DNA of 24,000 bases from Nitrosophilus alvini (GTDB lineage Bacteria; Campylobacterota; Campylobacteria; Campylobacterales; Nitratiruptoraceae), in the NCBI RefSeq assembly GCF_015100395.1, contig NZ_AP022847.1, forward strand, positions 1,750,003 to 1,774,002, written 5' to 3'. Below are positions 15,344 to 22,545 of the stretch, one piece after another. Each line of letters opens with the position of its first letter. The stretch's first letter is position 1. The notes beneath the pieces were generated by a model. It saw only the letters and a program-made list of their open reading frames with translations, was not told the DNA's origin and ran no database searches. The translations under genes and the position numbers were made by a program.

Positions 15344-16255
15344 TCAGGCATCTATCTGAATGCTTCTTCTATGATATCTCTGAACTATATCAGGGTCAGG
15401 ATGCAAAGAAGTCCTTGATTTCTCTTTTCCATCATACGGAATCTGCGACAAGACATATCTTATGGATTCAAGTCTTGCCAGTTTTTTGTTATTGGAATTC
15501 ACTATAATCCAAGGACTATAGGTTGTATGTGTTTTTGAAAACATCTCTTCTTTGTAAAAAGTGATTTTATCCCATAGTTTCTGTGCCTTAATATCAACGG
15601 AACTCAATTTCCATTGCTTCAAAGGATTTTTCATCCTCTCTTCAAATCTTCTTTTCTGGGTCTCTTTTGAAATACTGAACCAGAACTTTATCATAATTAT
15701 TCCGTCATCAATGAGTGCATGCTCAATTTCTGGCACCTCTTTGATAAACTTTTCATACTGTTCTTGGGTGCAAAAGCCAAACGCAGGTTCAACTATAGCT
15801 CGGTTGTACCAGCTTCTGTCGAAAAAAACAATTTCACCCGGATTTGGGAGATGTTTAAAATATCTTTGAAAATAGAACTGGCCCGCTTCCACTTCAGAAG
15901 GTTTAGGAAGGGCTACGACTCTGTATTTTCTGGGATTCAAATGTTCGGTAAATCTTTTTATAGCTCCACCTTTTCCTGCGGCATCTCTTCCCTCAAAAAT
16001 AATCATAAGTCTTTTTTTATTTTCATATATCCAGTTTTGCATCTTTATAAGCTCAATCTGCAGCCTTTTTAACTCCTCTTCGTATTCAACTTCTCTTAAC
16101 GCTTTTGAAATCTTTTTCTTTTTAACTAAAAGCTTCAGACCCGTTTTTGTTCTAAGCTTATGAATCTTATCTTCCAAAGATTCAAGTTTTGCTTTGAGCT
16201 CTGGCTCACTGATTCTCTCTTTTAAAAAATATAAATCCTCATACAAAGTTTCCAT
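15344..16255 (-). CDS. ppk2: Polyphosphate kinase 2, copy 2, with a roughly 60-aa N-terminal coiled-coil-like extension
   Basis: P-loop GRDAAGKGGAIKRFTEHLNPR plus FFDRSWYNRAIVE and NPLKQWKLSSVD. ATG 16255 is preceded by AAGGAG inside the end of rgy, and the CDS overlaps the rgy stop by 17 nt. Confidence 0.9.
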   Translation of the reverse strand: METLYEDLYFLKERISEPELKAKLESLEDKIHKLRTKTGLKLLVKKKKISKALREVEYEEELKRLQIELIKMQNWIYENKKRLMIIFEGRDAAGKGGAIKRFTEHLNPRKYRVVALPKPSEVEAGQFYFQRYFKHLPNPGEIVFFDRSWYNRAIVEPAFGFCTQEQYEKFIKEVPEIEHALIDDGIIMIKFWFSISKETQKRRFEERMKNPLKQWKLSSVDIKAQKLWDKITFYKEEMFSKTHTTYSPWIIVNSNNKKLARLESIRYVLSQIPYDGKEKSRTSLHPDPDIVQRYHRRSIQIDA

Positions 16256-19200
16256 GTATCTCCTTCTTTATCTTTTCATATAGGTCTTTTAATATCTGTT
16301 GATAATCTGCCTCTTTATTTTCAATTTTATCCATTAATTCTTCTAACTCTTTTGTATATCTCTCATTCACAAACTCATAAATTTGAGGGACGCTTTTTAA
16401 AGTTCCATAAACTTTTTTACCCAAATTTGTGGCAAATATAAAACCGTTTTTTTGATAGACGTATCTTCTTTCAAAGAGTCTTTGAATGATTATGGCATAA
16501 GTTGAAGGCCTTCCTATACCTTTTTCTTTCATCTGCTGAATTAGCGTAGCAAAACTGAATCTAGGAGTTTTTGGTTTTGTAAATTTCTCTTTTTCTGCTA
16601 TTTTCATACACCCTATATCAATTTTATATGTCTCGATAGGCAAAATTTTGTTAAAACCATCTTTGACGATCTTTTTTATAAATGAAAAGTCCGTTCTTTT
16701 ATCTTCAAAAATAGCCTCAGCTTCAACTTTTTCTACTTCACACTCTCTCATTTGTGAAGCTATAAATTCTTTAAAAATAAGATCGTAAAGTTTTAAATGA
16801 TTTTGAGTTATAGTTTTTTGTCCATTTATTTGCAGATACTCTTTCAAATCATCAACATCCATAGGCTTTGTAGGTCTTATACACTCATGTGCGCCCTCTT
16901 TGGTTTTAAAACTTCTTGGAGAAAAAAACTCCTTTCCAAAATTTTGTTCAATGTACTCTTTTGCAACATTTATCCCCGCACTTGAAACTCTGATAGAGTC
17001 CGTTCTATGATATGTTATAAATCCTGCTTCAAAAAGGTCTTGTGCGAGCTGCATTGTAAATTTTGGAGAAAATTTCAGTTCATTTGAAGCATTAAAAAGC
17101 ATAGTATCTGTTGAAAAAGGTTTTTTAAAAAGTTTGGATTTTTCTATTTTTTTATATTTTATCTCTATCTCATCTATTTTTTCAAAAAACTCATTTTGCT
17201 TATGAAGATCTTCAAAAACAAAATCTATATCAAAACCTTCAACTTTAACTCTTACAATATAATCTTTTTCCTTTACCTCATCCTCTCTTTTTACTATCCA
17301 TTCTAATACCGCACTTTGGACTCTTCCGGCACTTAAAGTCTTTCTGTTAAACTTTTTTTGTAAAAATTGCGATATCTCAAACCCTATCCATCTATCTGCA
17401 ATTCTCCTTACTAGCTGAGCTTTTACTAGATCTTCATCTATCTGCCTTGGTCTCTCTTGAGCCTCTTCTATCGCTCTTTTAGTAATTTCATGAAACTCTG
17501 CTCTTTTAATATTTGAGTTGAAAATTTTTGAGTTTAGATATATATCAAACCCTATCTTTTCTCCTTCAATATCAGGATCAGTCGCTATTAAAATCTCTTT
17601 TACCTCTAAATCCAACTCCCTTAAAGCTTTGATTATATCCATCCTGCTCTCATCAATCACTTCATATTCGGCAACAAATACACTATTTTTTAAAACACCG
17701 TGGAATCCATCTTCTTTATTTAGATCAAAAACATGCCCCTTTGATGCAGCAATATTTAAAATTCTGTTTTTTGTGACAATCTCAAAAACTTCCATATTTT
17801 TAATTTTTCTTTTTATAGGTTTCCCATAAAAAGATGCAATAGTCCTTGCTTTATTTGGAGATTCGACTATCATAAAAGTTGTTTTAAAAAGATCTTTTTC
17901 CCCTTCCAACTCCCCTTTTAAAGCTTTTTTTACAAGCTCTCTGTCTTTATCAACCTTTTCAATGATTTTTTCTAAATCAACCTCTTTAATATCTTTAAAC
18001 TCTATCTCTTCGCTAAACCATCTTACTTTCTTTTTAAGGGAGTTAAATGCCTTTTCCTCATCTACCAGTATAAGAGACAAACCTTTTGTAAGTCCTCCCA
18101 CATAAAGCCTGCTAGTTCTTCCGCTGGCTTGAATATATCCAGTAACATCGGCAGTGACAACACTAAAACCGTTTTTGTTTCTCTTTAAAAAGATATCCGG
18201 TGAACTATCGATTTTTTTTATCAGATCTTCATTTAACAGGGAATTTACAAAATTTAAAATCTTTTCTATTCTCTTTTTTGCATTTTCGTTTAGTTTTTCA
18301 CTTTTTATATAAAAAACTTTTTTTAGATAGTTAATATACGAAGAGATTTTAATAACTTTTTCTTCATCAAGATATTTTTTAAAAAAAGGAAACAGCAGAA
18401 GAAAAAAATAGTATAAATTTGTATGTTTTGTTATATCAAGATTAAATTCCAACTTTGGAACGCCGGCAAATATAGCATATCTAATAGTATCGGGCAGATC
18501 AAAACCTCTTGCCAACGGGTTTTTATAACTTGCAATTCCAACAACTACTAAAATTTCACCTTTTTTAAATTTTTCTATATTTTCTTCATCCAACTCTTCA
18601 TAACCAATTGCCGTTATGGAGTTACTATTTAAAAAAGAGAGGGTCTCCTTTAATCTATCTTTTGTTTCATTTGAAGGAAGAAAAACAAGTCCTCCCTTTC
18701 CAAATTTTTTTATATACTCAATTAAATCCTTTAAAACATTGTCACTTTTTTTATAAACATCTTCAACATTTCTAATTGCAATACTAGGCTTACTTACCTC
18801 AAACCCCAATAGCTCTCTAAAGAGTAAAACTCTTCTGGATTTTGGGTTTGCAGTTGCACTTGATACTATTAAATTCGCTGCTTTTTTTGATGCAATTTTT
18901 TTGATTTCTTCATCTTTTTTATAAAACTCTTCCAACTCTTTTTGTGAAACTTTTCCTTTGGAAAAAAGAGCCCTTTTGTAAACTATAAAATCTAAAGTTT
19001 TTTGGATATCCTCCTCGGAAAATCCTAAAAGCATCAGAATTTTATCTATATTTTTCGCACTTTTTAAAATACTATCCACATCATCAACAAAAACAAAATC
19101 AAACTCTTTGGGCAAAAGCTCAAAATTTTTATACAAAAACATTGTTGTAGTGATAAGTATCTTAAAATCACTGTTTTTAATTTTCTCTTTTAAAAGCTCT

Positions 19201-19676
19201 CTCTCTTTTTGGGAAAGCTTTGAATCATAAAATAAAACATCATCTTTTTTAGTACCAAAAGTTAAAAGCTTTTCATATGCTTGATTCGCCAAAAGATGTG
19301 TTGGAAAGATAATATAGCTCTTTTTATCTTTATTCGCCAAATATGAAGAGAGAATTAAACCAAATGTTGTTTTTCCGACTCCAGTGGGGGCCAAAAGGGC
19401 ATAAGAGATATTTAAAAAAAACCTTTTGATCCAGCTCTCTTGGATCTCTCGTAAATCATAACCTAAAATTTTTTTAAAATACTCTTTGAAATTTTCAACC
19501 TCCTTTTTAAGAGAGCAAACTTTTAAAAATTCGCCCTCTTTTAAAACTGAACACAGCTGATCCTGCGGAACCTCTATTTCTAGACAATTTTTACAGGAAA
19601 GCCCTTTATACAACCTGTCACTATCTATATCTTTACCACAATTTGGACACATTCCTTTATAGATCAAAGGTATCAA
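16239..19676 (-). CDS. rgy: Reverse gyrase (SF2 helicase-like domain fused to type IA topoisomerase)
   Basis: N-terminal Zn finger CPNCG-x14-CKNC. Helicase motifs: APTGVGKTT (nt 19365-19391), VDDVD, SSAT, QASGRTSR. TOPRIM: IVESPNKA (Glu codon 17862-17864) and DPDIEGE. Topoisomerase IA active site ITYHRTDS (Tyr889 codon 17010-17012). 1145 aa. The TTG start at 19676 gives MIPLIYKGMCPNCG, an N-terminus like those I recall from archaeal reverse gyrases. Confidence 0.97.
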   Translation of the reverse strand: MIPLIYKGMCPNCGKDIDSDRLYKGLSCKNCLEIEVPQDQLCSVLKEGEFLKVCSLKKEVENFKEYFKKILGYDLREIQESWIKRFFLNISYALLAPTGVGKTTFGLILSSYLANKDKKSYIIFPTHLLANQAYEKLLTFGTKKDDVLFYDSKLSQKERELLKEKIKNSDFKILITTTMFLYKNFELLPKEFDFVFVDDVDSILKSAKNIDKILMLLGFSEEDIQKTLDFIVYKRALFSKGKVSQKELEEFYKKDEEIKKIASKKAANLIVSSATANPKSRRVLLFRELLGFEVSKPSIAIRNVEDVYKKSDNVLKDLIEYIKKFGKGGLVFLPSNETKDRLKETLSFLNSNSITAIGYEELDEENIEKFKKGEILVVVGIASYKNPLARGFDLPDTIRYAIFAGVPKLEFNLDITKHTNLYYFFLLLFPFFKKYLDEEKVIKISSYINYLKKVFYIKSEKLNENAKKRIEKILNFVNSLLNEDLIKKIDSSPDIFLKRNKNGFSVVTADVTGYIQASGRTSRLYVGGLTKGLSLILVDEEKAFNSLKKKVRWFSEEIEFKDIKEVDLEKIIEKVDKDRELVKKALKGELEGEKDLFKTTFMIVESPNKARTIASFYGKPIKRKIKNMEVFEIVTKNRILNIAASKGHVFDLNKEDGFHGVLKNSVFVAEYEVIDESRMDIIKALRELDLEVKEILIATDPDIEGEKIGFDIYLNSKIFNSNIKRAEFHEITKRAIEEAQERPRQIDEDLVKAQLVRRIADRWIGFEISQFLQKKFNRKTLSAGRVQSAVLEWIVKREDEVKEKDYIVRVKVEGFDIDFVFEDLHKQNEFFEKIDEIEIKYKKIEKSKLFKKPFSTDTMLFNASNELKFSPKFTMQLAQDLFEAGFITYHRTDSIRVSSAGINVAKEYIEQNFGKEFFSPRSFKTKEGAHECIRPTKPMDVDDLKEYLQINGQKTITQNHLKLYDLIFKEFIASQMRECEVEKVEAEAIFEDKRTDFSFIKKIVKDGFNKILPIETYKIDIGCMKIAEKEKFTKPKTPRFSFATLIQQMKEKGIGRPSTYAIIIQRLFERRYVYQKNGFIFATNLGKKVYGTLKSVPQIYEFVNERYTKELEELMDKIENKEADYQQILKDLYEKIKKEIHGNFV

Positions 19677-20342
19677 CTATACCCCTTTCATTTGCAGATA
19701 CTCTTTAATCTCATGCAAAAGAATCGCCGGATTTTTTATAGGATATGTTAATCCTTTTGCAACTTCACTTCCGTTTATTCCCTTAATATCCACCTCTTTT
19801 AACATCCTCTCAAGTTCACTTGAATCTACAATCGGATAAGAGATACCTTTGGTATTTTTAAGCACTATATATGCCCATGGGGCTTCACATTTTGCAGCTT
19901 TTATCGCTTCACCGGCAATCTCATGGCAAAAATCGAGCATCGTTTGAGAGTCTTGCCCCTCTTTTACAAGCTTATATGCAAGTTTTGCAACTCCACCTGC
20001 AGTATGAACTTTCATCTCTTTTTTCTCTTCTTCAGTCAGTTCATCAAAATGCTCTATCTTATATATTGCTGCATCAGGATCTGCTCTTAGGATATTTCTA
20101 ACCGTATTTCTGGTAAGTCCCACATAATCGGCTATATCATCCTCCGTTTTTAGATACTCCTCTCTTAAAACTATTGCAAAAGCAGCCCTGGCAAGAGATG
20201 GAAGCCAAGTAAGAGTTCTAAACTCTGTAAGTTTTTTTAACCCACCAAGAAGATCTATAGATTTGTAAAAAACTCTCTCTACCAATCTCTCTAATCCTTT
20301 TTCATCTATATCAAGCCCCGTTCCGGTCAGTATAATCGCCAT
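19677..20342 (-). CDS. Uncharacterised helix-turn-helix protein, translationally abutted to rgy
   Basis: Clear HTH at aa 66-86 (TEDDIADYVGLTRNTVRNILR, nt 20085-20147). Strong SD AAGGAGG 6 nt before the ATG. The stop TAG (19677-19679) is followed immediately by the rgy TTG start. I recognise no other motif; it is possibly the thermophile-associated HTH family (COG1318-like), from recollection only. Confidence 0.75.
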   Translation of the reverse strand: MAIILTGTGLDIDEKGLERLVERVFYKSIDLLGGLKKLTEFRTLTWLPSLARAAFAIVLREEYLKTEDDIADYVGLTRNTVRNILRADPDAAIYKIEHFDELTEEEKKEMKVHTAGGVAKLAYKLVKEGQDSQTMLDFCHEIAGEAIKAAKCEAPWAYIVLKNTKGISYPIVDSSELERMLKEVDIKGINGSEVAKGLTYPIKNPAILLHEIKEYLQMKGV

Positions 20343-20360
20343 CTTTTCCTCCTTTTTTAT

Positions 20361-20417
20361 TTAGTGTTGGTGCTGGTGTTAGTGTTGGTATAGCACCTAT
20401 TTTTAACACTAACACTA
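20361..20417. repeat. Interleaved direct/inverted repeat element in the kaiC-like/HTH spacer
   Basis: Direct repeat TTAGTGTTGGT at 20361-20371 and 20379-20389. Perfect 11-bp inverted repeat GTGTTAGTGTT (20376-20386) / AACACTAACAC (20405-20415). Second complementary pair GGTGCT (20369-20374) / AGCACC (20392-20397), interleaved with the first. The heptamer TAGTGTT occurs 4 times (two on the plus strand, two on the minus strand). Confidence 0.85.
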
Positions 20418-20433
20418 TCACTCTTCCAACTAA

Positions 20434-21309
20434 CTACTTCCCAATTGATTCCAAAATCTTAACAATTCCGGTTTCGCTTATCTCCATAAAATGTGTTCTT
20501 GTATCATGTCCGCTCATCCTACATCCATCTATCCTAAAAAGTCTTACCAAATCACCAATATTTGCATTATAAATCCTAGCGGCGTATGCACTTGTTATCA
20601 TCTCCTTCGCCAAAACCATTGTTCCATCAACAATATGGCCCACTGCATACCCCCCGGCAGCTTCTGCACTCAGTTCCTCGTGACCACTTCTTTTTTGAGA
20701 TACAAAAAGTGCCGTTTGATACCATTTTTTCATAAAATTAAAGACTCTTCTAACAATTGCTCTTGCCATCATCTCTCTGTTTTCAAAAAGCCCGGTAACA
20801 GAATCTATAACTGTGTAATTTATTTTATATGTTTTTATTGCATAAGCTAAAGTTGCTAAGAGATCCGGGACATTTTCTCTCAGAGGTGTGTGTGAGGCTG
20901 CATCTATCATAATAATATTATCTTCAAATTTACTAAAATCGTAGCCCATTGCCAATGCTCTATATTTAATTGATGCTATAACAAAATTTGCAGGAGTCTC
21001 AACTGTAATAAAAGCTACTTTTTGACCCTTCCTTGCCTGCTCTACTGCAAACTGTTCAACCATTAATGACTTTCCGGTATCATTAACCCCGGTTAAGTTA
21101 AAAACACTATATTTTGGTATCCCTCCAAGAGGCATCTGCTTTAATTTGCCATTTACCTCTTTTACTGTAAAAAAAAGTTCATCAAGTCCTTCAATTCCAG
21201 TTGGAACCCCTTCTAACTCCGGAGCCTTTTCTAAAGCTTTACTTCCAACCAAAACCCCTTCTTTAATAACTTCTGGCTCTTTATAACGAATTTCATCTTC
21301 TTGTGCCAT
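20434..21309 (-). CDS. Single-domain KaiC/RadA-like RecA-superfamily ATPase
   Basis: VPTGIEGLDELF...GGIPKYSVFNLTGVNDTGKS (Walker A at nt 21067-21090). Catalytic-type Glu after beta-2 (AFITVETP). Walker B INYTVIDSVTG. C-terminal KaiC-like block FRIDGCRMSGHDTRTHFMEISETGIVKI. ATG preceded by AAAGGA. Confidence 0.85.
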   Translation of the reverse strand: MAQEDEIRYKEPEVIKEGVLVGSKALEKAPELEGVPTGIEGLDELFFTVKEVNGKLKQMPLGGIPKYSVFNLTGVNDTGKSLMVEQFAVEQARKGQKVAFITVETPANFVIASIKYRALAMGYDFSKFEDNIIMIDAASHTPLRENVPDLLATLAYAIKTYKINYTVIDSVTGLFENREMMARAIVRRVFNFMKKWYQTALFVSQKRSGHEELSAEAAGGYAVGHIVDGTMVLAKEMITSAYAARIYNANIGDLVRLFRIDGCRMSGHDTRTHFMEISETGIVKILESIGK

Positions 21310-21335
21310 TTTGATTCCTTTTGTCCTTTTTAAAG

Positions 21336-21344
21336 ATTATAACA
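21336..21344 (-). promoter_or_regulatory. Extended -10 promoter (TGTTATAAT on minus strand) for the kaiC-like/HTH/rgy/ppk2 operon
   Basis: The minus strand reads TTTTTTTTTTGTTATAATCTTTAAAAAGGACAAAAGGAATCAAAATG. This is a TGnTATAAT box behind a T-tract, about 27 nt upstream of ATG 21309. It is the only good promoter-like box I see upstream of the four coupled genes. Confidence 0.5.
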
Positions 21345-21474
21345 AAAAAAAATATTTAAAATATGCCACTTTAGTCACATTTTGGAGAAAATAGATAAAA
21401 GACTAAATAGCTAAGTTGCTAAAGAGTGAGATGGGGGATTTAGGGAGATAAAATTATTATAAGAGTTTAAAGAT

Positions 21475-22545
21475 TCAATCTTCTATATCACTGGCCAATT
21501 TAAAAATATCTTCATATTTATGGGCAAACTCTTTACATCTTTGACAGAGAAGCTCTCCGCTTTTATAAGGAAAAGGTGTTCTGCACTCACGGCATATTTC
21601 AAGTTTGTGTCTTACAAGTTCTTTCCCCCTGTCAAATGCAAACTCAACAAGATCAAACCCCTCTTTGTCACTGACGGCTCCCGGCTTGCATATATCGTTG
21701 CATATACCGCAGGCGATACATTTTCCGCTCATAAACCAGATAGATGTCCCTTCGCTGGCATAAAAAAGGGCATCTGTCGGACAAAATTGTACACATTCGC
21801 CGCAATTGTCGCACAAATCGTAACTTATCTCTTTATCGCGGATAAAGGAGAAGTTTCTGTTGATTTGAGTGTTTTGAATACTCTCAATATTTTGCTTTAT
21901 AGAGTTTTTTAAAATTGTATGTTTGACAGGCACTCTGTTAACGGCGTTTTGCAAAGATTTAAGATCATTGTTTTCTCGTGAAAGCTCTTTTGCCGCCGTA
22001 AAAATTTTCTTGAAAAAGGCTCTTCTTTCTTTATGCTTTTCTCCACTTTCCGTTTTTATAACGGCATCAACACCAAGCGCTTCTATAAAACTTTTCGCTT
22101 CTTCTATCCTCTCGTTTATTGATTCAAAAGTTTTTCCCTCAATATTCAGATTACACTCTGCACAATGCGACAAGTCACATATAATTTCGCCACACCTCAA
22201 AGCACCTGATATAAAGTGGTGAACATCAAAAACACTGAGACACGGCGTCTCTTCCTTGCAGGATAGTTTAAGAGAGTCCTTTTGAGCAGCTTCGACTATA
22301 TAGCTATCAGGGTCAAAAAACTCTACACTCAGCGCTTCGGAAGGGCATACGCCTATACATACGGCACAGTTGGTACATTTGTCTTCAAGAAGCCTGAGTC
22401 TTCCTCTGACAAACCCTATAGCATCTTCGGGACAGATATCCAGGCACTCTTTGCAATCGTTATGAAAGTAGTCGGTTCTTAGACATTTTAGATAGTCAAA
22501 CTCAAAAAGATTTGTATTTTGTTTATAATCAAGACTCATGGCCAA
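21475..22545 (-). CDS. 4Fe-4S ferredoxin-domain protein (two dicluster modules, about four clusters)
   Basis: Cluster motifs: C-x9-CKECLDICP, CTNCAVCIGVCP, CDNCGECVQFCP, CIACGICNDICKP. Also a C-terminal CRECR-x14-CQRC. Start is TTG 22545 or ATG 22539; either overlaps the TorD-like gene end. Confidence 0.85.
   Translation of the reverse strand: MAMSLDYKQNTNLFEFDYLKCLRTDYFHNDCKECLDICPEDAIGFVRGRLRLLEDKCTNCAVCIGVCPSEALSVEFFDPDSYIVEAAQKDSLKLSCKEETPCLSVFDVHHFISGALRCGEIICDLSHCAECNLNIEGKTFESINERIEEAKSFIEALGVDAVIKTESGEKHKERRAFFKKIFTAAKELSRENNDLKSLQNAVNRVPVKHTILKNSIKQNIESIQNTQINRNFSFIRDKEISYDLCDNCGECVQFCPTDALFYASEGTSIWFMSGKCIACGICNDICKPGAVSDKEGFDLVEFAFDRGKELVRHKLEICRECRTPFPYKSGELLCQRCKEFAHKYEDIFKLASDIED

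Noticed and set aside
6298-16255. The inverted PPK2 copies as boundaries of a mobile or invertible roughly 10-kb segment.
   Set aside because: No transposase, integrase, recombinase or terminal repeats are present. The paralogues are too diverged (about half identical at protein level) for recombination, and the enclosed genes are ordinary housekeeping or accessory functions.
20361-20417. Possible CRISPR remnant or RNA thermometer masking the SD of the HTH gene.
   Set aside because: There are only two 11-nt direct copies with a 7-nt spacer, so it is not a CRISPR array. No CCUCC-type anti-SD sequence occurs in the spacer, so a classical SD-occluding thermometer is not supported. The repeat itself is kept as a finding with function open.
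21310-21474. 165-bp intergenic region examined for a tRNA, small RNA or small ORF.
   Set aside because: No tRNA-like arms or T-loop consensus. Only 3-6 codon ORFs. No copy of the TAGTGTT motif. It is best explained as the promoter and 5' UTR of the kaiC-like operon plus the 3' end of the Fe-S gene.
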